In this document: piece after piece, positions 1 through 11,367 of the stretch
How positions within the stretch are numbered: position 1 is the first letter of the stretch
Layout of the letters: each line of letters opens with the position of its first letter
DNA from: Styela clava
Taxonomy: Eukaryota
DNA: 64,000 bases
NCBI RefSeq assembly: GCF_964204865.1
Contig: NC_135262.1
Coordinates: forward strand, 12,276,001 to 12,340,000
Direction of reading: 5' to 3'
The notes under the pieces: generated by a model
Databases searched by the model: none
Told to the model about the DNA's origin: nothing
What the model saw: the letters and a program-made list of their open reading frames with translations, nothing else
Made by a program: the position numbers and the translations under genes

Positions 1-2544
1 GAAAAGTGGACTTAGCACTGTTTGGTTTTGATGCGTCGATATATGCGTACATATTTTGCCCAGAAGTCGGTTAGCGGCATGGCTTCAAAGTCGTCTTTTG
101 CAGATGAATCAAATTTCATATCCAAATATTCTTCTTGCAAGTTGCTTGGAAGAATGTCTTCATCGACACGAAATGGATCTCTTGTAAGTTTCCATTCTGG
201 AAGTTCTGTGTCATTCAAATCTGGAAAATAGCGTTCAAATTCTTCTTTTAAAAGACGTAGGTGGGACACAATATCGCTCTTGAAATCACCATCAAGCTTG
301 ATTTGTTTTTCGTCAAGAGCAGTATCGAGATTGGGGAATGAGGCCGCGTTTCCTTGTTGAGCTCGGCGATACCATAATTCAAGCTTCGCTATGTAAGCAC
401 GAATGAAACCGTAGTCAGTTATTCGATTAGTTTCTCTGCCTTGTAATAGTAGATTTAATTTATTCAGAGATTCAAAAATGTCCACAAGGTAGGCCATGAC
501 CAGCACAAATTCATCTGATTTGAAATAAAGGAGAAGATCGTATTTTTCCTGAGCTTCCAGAAATAGCGTAAGCTCATTCCTCATCTCATACACACGTGCT
601 AACATGTTTCCTTTCGATAGCCACCGAACATTTGTATGGAAAAGCAGATTCTCGTAATTACAATCCATATCTTTACAGAATTTGGCAAACATTCGTGTAT
701 TGACGGCACTAGTTTTAATGTAGTTCACGGTTCGTATTATTATCGCAAGCTTATCTTTCATCGAAGTAGAGAGAGTCTTAGAAGCCAAAGCCTCTCGATG
801 GATGACACAGTGCGATCCAATAACGTCGGAATTTTTTTGTTTTATTCTGGCAATAAATCCACTACGAGATCCTATCATAGCCGGCGCACCGTCAGTGCAG
901 ACACCTACAAGTTTATCCCATTTCAATTCATTATTTTCAAAAAGTTCAGCAACAAGTTTGAATACATCTTCAGCTTTAGAGGTCGTCTCGAGAGGTTTGC
1001 AAAGGAGCATGTCTTCTTCAATTGAACTTGATCCTACAAAACGGACATATACCAACAACTGACACAAGTTAGCAATATCAGTAGTTTCGTCACATTGTAT
1101 GGCGAAAAATGGCGACAGCTTTATTTTTTCGATAACCTGAAGTTCAATGTCGTGTCCGTGTGCAATCTCATCAATTCTTGTTTTAATTGTAGAATCCGAA
1201 AGAGAAATCTTTGCAAGTTTCTTACTGCTCGCCTCTCCCAAAACAAGCAGCTTTTAAAATACTCGGTTTTATCAATGTCTCCCCTATACTGTGCGGATTT
1301 TTCTGCTTCGCAATCATATGAGCAATTTCAAAAGAAGCTTCTACTACATCTGCAGAAGGCGACTGACAAAATGAATTTATGCTACAAGTCCTCATTTTTT
1401 TAAATGAATCCTTTTTGCTTTGAAAAAAAGGTAAAGGTTTTTCCTGATGTGCAGGGTGCTTTGTTTTAAGATGTCGCTGTAAGCGAGTTGGCCTCATAGC
1501 GTCATTGCTGAGATTTTCAAAGCACAAAATGCATTGCGGTACAACCTCGCCCTTCACTGTGGTATATATGAAGCCATACCTAAGATAATCTTCATCATAC
1601 TTTCTCTTTTTCCCGCTCATTTTGCAATGCAACTAAATTTCAACTAAATCTACACTAAATTCAATAAATGATTACGTAAAAACTCACTCAATTGTTAAAC
1701 TACTTCATAACATCACTACTGAGCTATATTCAAAAGTCAATCTACTGTTTCTGACAATACACAAGGATTGCAGACTTCATGGCTTGCTCAACTTCTCAAA
1801 TATTCAAAGCCAATCTACCTGATGAGATTACAAACAATACAGTTTACAAAATGGAAAAGTGCAATTAAATATATGTACGTTTTCAGCCCAAAGAAAAGAT
1901 ATACATCAAATGGTCAAAACTGTCAATTTTATCCAAAACTAAATACCGTGTGCCGCTTACAGATACTTATGGCATAAGTTAGGTCATCACAGAGTTTGCG
2001 GTATCAAGTTTTATTACTTATTGCAACTAATCTACAGCTCATCGAAAAATATGATGAAAATTAAGGTATTCGATATACAGCTATTTTTGGAGGCACAACT
2101 GAAAGCTGTCAAATAGGCTAATACACAAAACCACGAAAACGACAAAACGTTAACAGCCATGCTCGAACATCTGTCTGACCGACTTCTATTGTACCGTCAT
2201 TGTTGACTTAATGCTGATTGGTCATTGTTACGACACTAAGCAAGGAAATCAATGCTCGCAGAACCGTTAACACAGTAATCAATTTCAACGCATATTCACG
2301 CATGCTTATCCTATTTTGCCACGCGTAGTCTGGTAGTGAGTAGTGAAAGAAAAGGGTCATTTTGCATCATTTTACGACACAAAATTATAAAGCAACAAGA
2401 CGACGAGTTAAATGAAATTTCAAAATATTAAATTGGCTAAGCAAAATAAAGTCTCAAGTGTGGTTTCTTGAAATCTTTCGCGCCCCCCCTAAAATCTTCT
2501 CGCGCCCCCCTAGGGGGGCGCGCCCCCCAGTTTAAGAACCACTG
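1..2544 (-). mobile_element. hAT DNA transposon (Buster/Charlie type), 3' end beyond window start; lies in an OPLAH intron
   Basis: Minus-strand terminus CAGTGGTTCTTAAACTGGGGGGCGCG starts at 2544, with GC-rich CGCGCCCCCC subterminal repeats (2479-2530). The flanking 8-mer CTCTAAAT (2545-2552) fits the NNNTANNN Buster target. Transposase ORFs lie inside. Confidence 0.9.
12..1632 (-). pseudogene. Frameshifted hAT transposase (ZBED5/ZBED8/SCAND3-like)
   Basis: ORF 1222..1632 has RKYDEDYLRYGF and a BED-like CxxC...HLKTKH finger. ORF 12..1241 has DETTD, CTDGAPAM, HCVIH and RWLS. The two ORFs overlap in different frames near 1222-1241. A second apparent shift near position 25 ends the ORF before the C-terminal dimerisation domain. 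Confidence 0.88.
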
Positions 2545-3009
2545 CTCTAAATTGTCATGACCTATTGAGAAACTATTTAGAATACACTAAAAACTTGATT
2601 TTTGAAACATTCAAATCGATATGGACGAAAAAATATCTCAGCATTTCCTATAAGTAATTTTCTACAGCAGTAGTTGCCAAACTGTGGGTAGCATACACTC
2701 GACTGCCACAAGATAATTATTGATATGCCACAAAATATTAATCCATTTCTAATTTCAAATGTGTTAAGAGTAACGTTGTTGAAAGAGAAGTATAACCAGA
2801 TAAACTGGGCATCTGGATATTATAACTTATTTACTTGATTACATGTGCATAAATTGGAACTATTAAATGTCGTAATTCAATGTCGATAAGTAAAATTTTG
2901 TCCAATGCGTCTCAATTTAAATTGCAGAAAGTAAATGCGTCGTATGTTTGAAAAGTCCAGAGACGTCTGCTTTACAGGATCCTCATGCATGATCTTAATA
3001 CCAACATAC

Positions 3010-4357
3010 CAAATCAAAAATCTTGGGTCTTGATTGATTCCCAATATAGAGCAAATCTTTGAATCCTTTTGTTATAGCCAGTGCCATTCGTTCACCCTTC
3101 CTTTCTAGCAAAGCATTCGTAGCTACAGTTGTACCCATGCGAATAAAATCAATCTCTGATGTATCAATTGGTTTGCTGGGTGGCATTTTTGTGCCAGTTT
3201 CCTGTTCGGAAAAAATGAATTATAAAGTTAGCAAAAACATAGAAATCTTGTTGATATTGGTAGAATAAGTACATATGATTATTTTCACATATTCGTAATC
3301 AATTTGCATAATTTTTTTTATACAACACAATATACACCTTTCGTTCTGAACAAGGCCCTGTCACTGTTATGTAAGGGGCTACTTCATTTTGGAAGGACCG
3401 TAATCTTTCAGGTTTAAAATTGTCTACCCAATTTATTACACCTAGGGTAAGATGGAAGATATGGGATTTGAAACAAAAATTCCAACATGCGATGGCGGCG
3501 ATGCCATTATATTTATAACTAAGCACTAAGCCACTGCCCCCCCCCCCTCCCCCCTAAATTCAAAACAATTATACAGAAGTATCAGTAGAGGTTGCACGAG
3601 ACTAACTCCCAATCCTTCCCGAATGCCTTTGTGCTAGTGGATCCGTATGCAAGTATTGCAAGGATGCTGTAGCAGGAATAAAAATACCATAATACGCAAT
3701 TTAAAAATTCCTGCCGCACCCTAACACAAATATATTTCAGTAACGTTTCGTCTGACCAAAATCAGACTTCCTCAGACAAGCAGTTTACAACAATGGTCAG
3801 ATCAGACAAAACGTTACAAAAATATATTTTTGTTAGTGTGCAGTGGGACTCTTGAATTGCACATAATTATACATATAATTACATATATTATGCATATAAT
3901 TATGTGTAACACATACTAAAGACAGCAAATATTTCTGTAATTGATAAACAATATTAAAAATAATAGCTCAACACATATACAGTATATTAAAGACTAAATT
4001 ATGACTAAACACTGAATACCTCTTCCAATATCCTTCTAATAGCTTCTGTTGGAGCATCTGCATAATTATTTGGATCCACAGACAGCAGTTTCATCACTCT
4101 GGTTTTCCCATCTGAAAAAAACAATCCCACCTTATTGAATATCACAATATGTGGAAATTGATAAAAAAATAATATTTATTTGGAGACATTTCAATACGGT
4201 TGAATATGTTTATTGGAATGTTTTCATTGATTATTTATATTTGCAACAAATACCTATGGTAAACATTCGACTCACTTGGGCATTTTGCAAAGACATCTGT
4301 GAATGTTCCACCTCTATCAATTGAAAACTGAAATTTATTAAAACCAGAGTCTCCCAT
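3010..4357 (-). CDS. OPLAH: 5-oxoprolinase (ATP-hydrolysing), first three coding exons 4276-4357, 4020-4111, 3010-3201; continues beyond window start
   Basis: The spliced translation [58 protein letters not shown]...[19 protein letters not shown]...[15 protein letters not shown] matches the OPLAH N-terminus. All junctions are GT-AG with consistent phases. Confidence 0.95.
3690..3870. mobile_element. Small inverted-repeat (MITE-like) element in OPLAH intron; partial copy at ~4848-4900
   Basis: gcaatttaaaaattcctgccgcaccctaacacaaatatatttcagtaacgtttcgtctga is an imperfect inverse of tcagacaaaacgttacaaaaatatatttttgttagtgtgcagtgggactcttgaattgc. Confidence 0.6.
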
Positions 4358-4611
4358 ATTTTGCAAGCACAATGAAGCAAAATCAGTTATAAATCTGAGA
4401 AAAATTTTATTAAAAATTTGATGAAATATGAAAAATTTTTCCAGCAAAGGAGTTAACACATTCATGTTGATAGACAGGTGATTGAAAGCAGTGAATCAAT
4501 GCTACATTGCAAATTTCAAGATGTACGGTAATGTTGTTAATTTCTATTTTCCCGTAGAAACTTATATCAGGTGACTCAAAAAACAGAACACATAAGTTTA
4601 ATTACTGAGTT

Positions 4612-4720
4612 CAGGAGTGTGCAAGCTGCGACCCGTGGGCCCAACGCGGCCCACAAATAAAAAGTGTGCGGATGCGGCACAAGTTTTTAATTTAGTTCAA
4701 TCTGTGATGCACACCCCCTG
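4612..4720. mobile_element. Tiny non-autonomous hAT-like MITE
   Basis: Ends caggagtgtgca... and ...tgcacaccccctg, with hAT-typical gcggccc subterminal motifs. Confidence 0.5.
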
Positions 4721-5092
4721 ACTTAAGTCTGTTTTTTTGGTCACACTGTATAAGATCCTATGAACATGAATAAAACAGACTAATGACTATTATTGACAAA
4801 TAAAAACAAAATCAAGAGCAAGCATTAATAATTGGGAATGCCAATAACTATGCAATTCGAGAGTCCTGCTGCACACTAACACGAATGTATTTCTGTAACT
4901 ATGTTTTAGATTTAGTGAGGAAATCCATGAAGACAAGCCTATGAATATGATGCAACTATACACTATATAAATGGTATCAAATTGGTTTGTGATTACTAAA
5001 ATGTTTATATTTTGAATACTTTCATGATCAAAAGGAGTTTAGAGAAACAAACGAAAAAATATCGAACGAAAATTAAAATTATCCCAATATCG

Positions 5093-5320
5093 TAGGATTG
5101 ATGGCTAACGGTGAAAATGTTAAGAAGTATTGACATTAAAAGTAAGTCACAATCTCGGGTTTCGATTCCCAGGACAACACCTCACCCAGAGTGTAATAAA
5201 TTGAGCAGGCAATGCCGAAACCACAAAAAATTCGGTCTACTCAAGATATCCTTACATATTGTTAAAAATCATGAGATGCTCGTATGGGACCTTGCTCGAA
5301 GCGATAGATGTGAATAACTG
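5093..5320 (+). mobile_element. Degenerate tRNA-derived SINE
   Basis: B-box-like gggtttcgattccc followed by agagtgtaataaattgagcaggcaatgccgaaac. A homologous copy lies on the minus strand at ~55255-55395. Confidence 0.55.
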
Positions 5321-6331
5321 TTTAATTAAAAAATATCATTTAACATAATGAGATCAAATCAAAGACACAAAAGATAGATTAGAACAGACTATGCTAAAGT
5401 GATGTGGTATATACCACAAATGAACAGCTATGGTGAAAAAGTATAGATTTAATTCTAAAAATAGCTTGTCAATTCGGATTTCTTCATTCAAGAATCAATG
5501 TAGATATTTCAATTTATATGCATAATGCATATTTACGGTAGTTGTTTCAATGTGACATCGAGAGGAAAGGAAATTCGGATGTGAGTTTACTAAGACAATA
5601 ACTTATGTTTAGATACCCATACCACACAGGAGTCAGGACAGCAACGATTATAACAAGTCAGGCATAAAACCATACAGATTGCAACAAAAATTTTCTCACA
5701 TTGCAAATATACAATATTGCATGATAAATGAGAAACTAGAAAATATAAAACACATTCTACAATTATTCAAAATTTAGCTACTGAAAAAAATAGTTTGTTA
5801 TGAACTTATGAATATCATCTCCATAGGCATAGTCAGGTTTGTGACTATAGAAGTGATATTTACCACAAAATATTTTTCCACAATTACAATTTTATGTAGC
5901 AAATCATCCACAATATCAGAGACGCAAATCTAATCGAGATATATAAAATTAGACACTTCCTCACTCAACTCATACAAAAACAAAGACATTTAATGATGGA
6001 ATGATTGCACGATCTTCCCTTCCACATGTACCCATTTGTTGCAAAAATAATCTCACTTTTTGATTTGATCAAGTTGATATACCAATAACCAAATTCGATT
6101 TCTTTTCAATGTTAACTGATAGCTTCTTACGGAAATAATGATACGATTTGAAAATAAGATATTCTAAAAGTTAAACGATTGATATCTTGGTGAATTTCAA
6201 TTATGTGCACTTACAAATTACGATGAAGGCATAGTAAACCTCCAATCGTAATTCATATGTATGAACAAAAACATTTTTCAAAATGGAAAATAATCAAAAT
6301 TCAGTACAGATACGTGTCTCATGTAATTTAG

Positions 6332-6718
6332 TACAACATGTACTTCAAGTTGGCCTGGCTTAACAATTTTAGCATATGTCATTCCTAACCCCCTCCTGAC
6401 TACATTATCCAAAAGTTGAAATAATTAGGCCCTACAAAGTTTATGGACGGCCATGAAAATAGCGCAGACGTTCATTGGAAATCAAGCAAGTCATTTTCTC
6501 GTCGCAACGTTCCCGATATGAGGGAGATTGCTAGCGTTAGTGAGTTCGTTATCGTTGGCACAGATGTTATTTTGGACGATCGTAACTATACTTTGGCAAG
6601 CTCTATGACATGATTGTGAGGTCGTAGTGACGTAATCTTTGGATGGCATAGTCAGGTGGGGGTTAGGAATAACATATGCAAACATTATGCTACGCCCACT
6701 AGAAGTACTTGTGGTACG
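6332..6718. mobile_element. MITE with ~85 bp imperfect terminal inverted repeats
   Basis: gtacaacatgtacttcaag...gcatatgtcattcctaacccccc...tgacta...atccaaaag is an imperfect inverse of ctttggat...tagtcaggtgggggttaggaataacatatgc...gaagtacttgtggtac. Confidence 0.65.
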
Positions 6719-7011
6719 AAACTACACTAGCCCCTACAGTTATTACACTCTAAATATATTCTCATTTGTATCATTCAGATGAATTTATGAAAAGGGCAAA
6801 AATCAGTAATACTTTCAGACTTTTCTTTGTTCTTGATTTGGGGACATGTGCTACTCCATTCACTCACAACATTTTCACACACAAAATATCACTGACATCC
6901 CAGCACTCATTCATGATGTTCATGCATTCCAAGCAACTTTGGGTACCTGCTACATTTCAAGTTTCCCATGCACACTCACCCAGGGTGGACAGCATTTCAG
7001 AATACAATTTC

Positions 7012-7632
7012 TCAAGATTTCCAAAAATTTGGATCTCTTTGCAACTTAGATTGAAATTCTATAAACCATTTATCAAGCGTATTCAGTGGCACAAATTGGT
7101 CAGAAGGGGACCCAACTAAACTGTTGCTTATTGTTTCCCGAGAACATGCAAATGATGACGCATAATTGTAAAATGTTTGCAACATTTTTTGTGTAAATTC
7201 CATCAGAGTGGTCGCTTTTGGTGCACTGATGCCAGAAACGGGAGTTTGTTGAACGAGCATCGTCAATGGCTCGACGGCAATTCCTAGCTGGGCGTGGTGT
7301 GGTTGTGCCGGGGAAGGCAATGCTGTCATTGAACCAAATATATTTGGCGTGCTTTGTTCGAAATCTTTTTTGATTCCAGTTATTTTGTAAATTGAGGAAG
7401 GTTTTTGATTGGTCAAATGTCCTAATAAAAGCCAGTTTGATTCTCCTGAAGCGGACGGTAAATTGAGATAAACAGCTCCGCCAAAACCGTCAGGAAACGG
7501 AGTTTGCCCCGTCATAAAAACGACGATGTGATTCGCATCTGTGATATCTTCAAGATCAAAAAGAACCTTCATTTCCTCAATTTGATGTACATCTGTTTGA
7601 ACAAGTCTACCAGCAACTAAAACAGCAAACAT
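7012..7632 (-). CDS. HIKESHI: Hikeshi (OPI10/C11orf73), Hsp70 nuclear import carrier; intronless CDS, 206 aa
   Basis: MFAVLVAGRLVQTD, NHIVVFMTGQTPFPDGFGGAVY, LLGHLTNQKPSSIYKI, FTQKMLQTFYNYASSF and the terminal DPNFWK are Hikeshi family motifs. ATG is at 7632. Confidence 0.95.
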   Translation of the reverse strand: MFAVLVAGRLVQTDVHQIEEMKVLFDLEDITDANHIVVFMTGQTPFPDGFGGAVYLNLPSASGESNWLLLGHLTNQKPSSIYKITGIKKDFEQSTPNIFGSMTALPSPAQPHHAQLGIAVEPLTMLVQQTPVSGISAPKATTLMEFTQKMLQTFYNYASSFACSRETISNSLVGSPSDQFVPLNTLDKWFIEFQSKLQRDPNFWKS

Positions 7633-7681
7633 TTTGAGTTTAATGTCACTTTCACACCAAACAAAAGCGATTCGCACGGTT

Positions 7682-7790
7682 CTGCAAAAGTTTGTTTACT
7701 ACGGGTGCAGTACTCATCACGTGACATTTAATCAATCAGGCATGACTTGTCACGTCCAGCTGTCAACAAGGTGAGAAAATGACGTCATAA
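7682..7790. promoter_or_regulatory. Probable bidirectional promoter between HIKESHI and NEURL2
   Basis: The divergent ATGs are ~500 bp apart. An E-box TCACGTGAC lies at 7717-7725 and a palindromic CRE TGACGTCA at 7780-7787. A possible donor aag|gtgaga at 7771 could end a non-coding NEURL2 exon. Confidence 0.5.
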
Positions 7791-8136
7791 GGATTATGTC
7801 TTGAACATGTATGCATGCTATTCAGATCATTTTAATTGATTCCGAATTGATATGTAATTGCTTGACTTGAAATTAGTATCAGGAATATACCTACATTTAA
7901 GAAAGGGTTTATATCTTCCAGATACGGGGTTTAAACGTAGGTGCAGTTTATTGGAGGAGAATTGATGGCGTACCTAAAGTTTCAACAATTTATAAGAATG
8001 TCAACTAACGAGCAGGTTTATGTGAGGTATAGTCCTGAGTCAAGCAACATTTTTGCTAGTAGTAATTATCTATCTAACTGTTGTCATTCGCATTTGTAGT
8101 TACAATATCTCACATATAGGCCTACATATTCTTAAT

Positions 8137-10385
8137 ATGGACAGTGAAATTATGAGAAGAGTGAGAAACGATTGGGGTGGTAAAGGCACTACTGGAAAAT
8201 TTAAATTTCATCATATATGCGGTGAAAACATTCATATTAATAAACCCAGAAATGCTGCATACAGAGAAGCCGGTTTTTCACATGGATTATGCTTCAGGTA
8301 AGTATCGAATCAACGTACAGCTTGTGCCATATGTGTATTTAGTAATTGATTAGGATAATAAATATGGCTGCAATGCGGTTGGTTTCGAGTTGTATTTCTG
8401 ATATGCATAGTCAAACGGTCGATAGAAAAATTCTGGTGTATCGATTATTGTCGCGGTTTAGAGATACCTAACACATGCTTAAGTCATATAGGATCTAACA
8501 CAATTTGCCGCGCGATAGGCGAATTTGTTCTCTCACTCGTAGGGTGAGGATGGCCGCCTATCCAACTGCTGATCCCTGTCGAATAGATAGTTTTAATATT
8601 TCCTATAAATATAAATCCATACGAGAGAAAAATAGCACACAACTATATATAAATACATCAAGGCTTCAAACAGCATACAAGTGTAATATATTTTGCTTCA
8701 GAATCATTGTCGTTCAGGAGTTTAAGAACAATTTGATCATATACACTACAATTAACTCAGTGATATATAACTATTTTGTCCCAAATAATAAGATTAGACG
8801 CGCATAGTTAGAAAAAGATTTTGCCATCACACTAAATTCGAAGAATACAATCTATGTGCGAGAAAATTGGGTACTCCCGTAGTATGTGAACCAAGATGGC
8901 GGACACCTGAACGTAGTATGTGTACCATGTTTGGGTTAGGCCATAATTTCAGGTACAAATACTACGGGAGTCACTTGGCTAGTCCCCGAACTCGTAATAG
9001 AACTAAAATGAGAAAAATTGGAAAAAAAAATTATAGCCTAACACAGGGGTCGGCAACCTACGGCACGCGGGCCGGATCCGAACCGCAGAGTAATATAATC
9101 CGGTCCGACAAATGACAACAAATCGCAGATAAATTGATGCTAAGTACAAAGGGTTCAATGGCGCCGAAAATGTTTAAATGAAATTTTTTGAGATGCAATG
9201 CAATGAGGAAATGAATCTATATTCTATTCGAGAGATTCATCGTTCGGTTTTCAACTTTTTAAAATGATGTGCGACCCGCCAATGACTTGCAACCCTTAAT
9301 TTTGGCCCACGAGCGACAAAAGGTTGCCGACCCCTGGGACCTAACCCTAACCTGGTACACATACTACGTTCCAGTGTCCGCCATCTTGGTTCACATACTA
9401 CGGGAGTGCCGAAAATTGTATACATTGCCTGTTGTATCACGTGACCACTGGTCGATTACGGATGCCTCCTCTATCCAATCCGTGAATATACGTAAATTAA
9501 GAAAAAACTGGTCATATATTTCTATTTCGCACTGGGCCTATCTTGATATACATTTATTGAATTCTGAGCCCATTCATTTCAAATGGTGTATTTTAAATTT
9601 TTAGTCACTGCCCTCTTCTTCCTGGCCAATTATTTCTTATTGAAATATCAGACGCTCAAGATGGATGGTCCGGACACTTACGGATTGGAGTAACCCAGCA
9701 TGATCCGTCAGAATTACACACAGTCCCTGAAATGGTAATTCCCGACATGACAACGGGAGGGTCCTCTACAGAAGAGAGACAAATCACAAAAGGTGGTCAA
9801 ACCTGGGCAACGGCGGTTACTAAATTTCATAATAGAATCAGTGGACGACACAAAGAAATTGTAGGAGAGCCCTGTGACTCTGGTAATAAAGAAAGAATTA
9901 AAAATATCGCGTCATTTGCAAACCAACGAATCTCTGTAAAAAGTTTATATTTCTTGGCGCGTAAAGAGTTAACTTTTACATCATCGGGGAATCGATTTCC
10001 AGATTTTGGACAATCTGTTTTTATCGGAAGCAGGATTGGTGTTACGTTGGTTCCCGTTAACAGCGATACTGGAGCTGAACTTGCTAGCGATGAAGAAAGA
10101 ATATGCATTTCGGAAAAGACAGATTATTCTTTATGCAACATGCACTTGATTATAAACGGTGAAGACCAGGGACCATGTGCTACTCTTATACCTCTCGATC
10201 GACCTCTTTATGTTGTTATTGATGTCTATAGTATCACAAAACAGGTCAAAATTGTAGACACTCCATATATTGGGACGCTTGCTGACTTAGCTAGAGATAA
10301 AATCAGGTCCCAAATAAAAAGTGGTCAGAGATGTGAACATTTGCCAATACCAACATCCATAAAGAAATTTTGTCAATATCAATAG
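8137..10385 (+). CDS. NEURL2: Neuralized-like protein 2 (Ozz; NHR domain + SOCS box), exons 8137-8297 and 9605-10385, 313 aa
   Basis: The spliced NHR domain reads FHHICGENI...FSHGLCFSHCPLLPGQLFLIEISDAQDGWSGHLRIGVTQHDP...MHLIINGEDQGP...PLYVVIDVYSITKQV. It is followed by a SOCS box TLADLARDKIR...LPIPTSIKKFCQYQ. The phase-2 intron is AG|gtaagt...ttttag|T. Confidence 0.9.
8869..9411. mobile_element. MITE with ~70 bp TIRs and 6-bp direct flank AAAATT, in NEURL2 intron
   Basis: TIR ggtactcccgtagtatgtgaaccaagatggcggacac / gtgtccgccatcttggttcacatactacgggagtgcc. AAAATT lies on both sides. An uninterrupted second copy is at ~48658-48895. Confidence 0.85.
9044..9336. mobile_element. Non-autonomous hAT MITE nested in the preceding MITE
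   Basis: Perfect 16-bp TIR caggggtcggcaacct / aggttgccgacccctg. It is absent from the homologous host copy at ~48820. Confidence 0.85.
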
Positions 10386-10570
10386 CAGATAATACACGTT
10401 CCCATACCATCAGTAAATAATATTACCTATCACATGTTTCTAGTAATGCTTATAGCCGATAGAACAATTGGGCATGATATGTCAAATAGCCTCTGAAGTT
10501 AGATTAATCCAATCTTTCATGCGAATTTGTTATTCACAGATCTTTCTTCAGAGCAAGTTCCAACTGCTTG

Positions 10571-11080
10571 TTGGACACGTAGTGGACATAACGATCGTTT
10601 CAATATTATGTTGTTGTTGTTCTTGTTCTTTGACACGTTTTTAAAAAGTCGCTTTTCTCTTCGAATACTGGACCAATTGCTTTGAAATTTTCAGTGGTTA
10701 AAGATAAAAATTTCCTCCAGAAGGCTATTACTTTTTTTTTCGCTATGACGTCATCAAAATTATGTGACTCTACGTGTCCATATATTTGAGCATAGCTCTC
10801 TTGTTTTATTTTATATTCTAAATCTAAAACAAGAGAGCTATGCTCAAATATATAGACACGTAGCGCCACCCAGTGGGAATAATTTTGATGACGTCATAGC
10901 GAAAAAAAAAGTAATAGCCTTCTGGAGAAAAATTTTAACTTCAACCACTGAAAATTTCAAAGCAATTGGTCCAGTATTCGAAGAGAAAAGCGATTTCTTC
11001 AAAACGTGTCAAAGAACAAGGACACTAAGAACAACAACAACATAATATTGAAACGATCGCTATGTCCACTACGTGCCCAA
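10571..11080. repeat. Long inverted repeat formed by two head-to-head copies of an AACAAGAG-starting interspersed element (Helentron/HINE-like)
   Basis: Arms 10571-10808 and 10825-11080 are reverse complements with a few indels around a 16-bp spacer. Single copies of the same element occur at ~30513-30875, ~40876-41160 and (tail only) ~48270-48330. Confidence 0.85.
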
Positions 11081-11271
11081 TAATGACTTCTGGTATGATC
11101 GTATTTCATGCAAACGTTTTGTTTCTTACTTTGTCAGTGAATTCTGTCAATGTGTTTCCATATCTCACAGTATTCATGATTTGATTTCTAATTATATCAT
11201 TGTTATTCTGTTTTTTATATTAACGTATTTCATAGCTTTATCGAAGTCAGTTTTTATTTATCATAGAAACG

Positions 11272-11367
11272 TTTTTAAGTTATCTATTGCTTCTTTATCG
11301 TGAATTGATATTACTGCAAGTTTTTAAGTTATCCATCGCTTCTTTATCGTGAATTGATATTACTGCA
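11272..11367. repeat. 49-bp tandem duplication
   Basis: tttttaagttatc(t/c)at(t/c)gcttctttatcgtgaattgatattactgca occurs twice in succession. Confidence 0.85.

Noticed and set aside
636-1403. Plus-strand ORFs over the transposase
   Set aside because: Antisense shadows with no recognisable motifs.
7633-7677. GTG-initiated extension of HIKESHI
   Set aside because: This is a eukaryotic gene, and the family N-terminus begins at MF (ATG 7632).
8867-9440. ORFs sharing GTPVVCEPRWRT
   Set aside because: These are translations of MITE terminal inverted repeats.
10606-11045. Two opposite-strand ORFs with nearly identical translations
   Set aside because: Artefact of the inverted repeat. No coding features.
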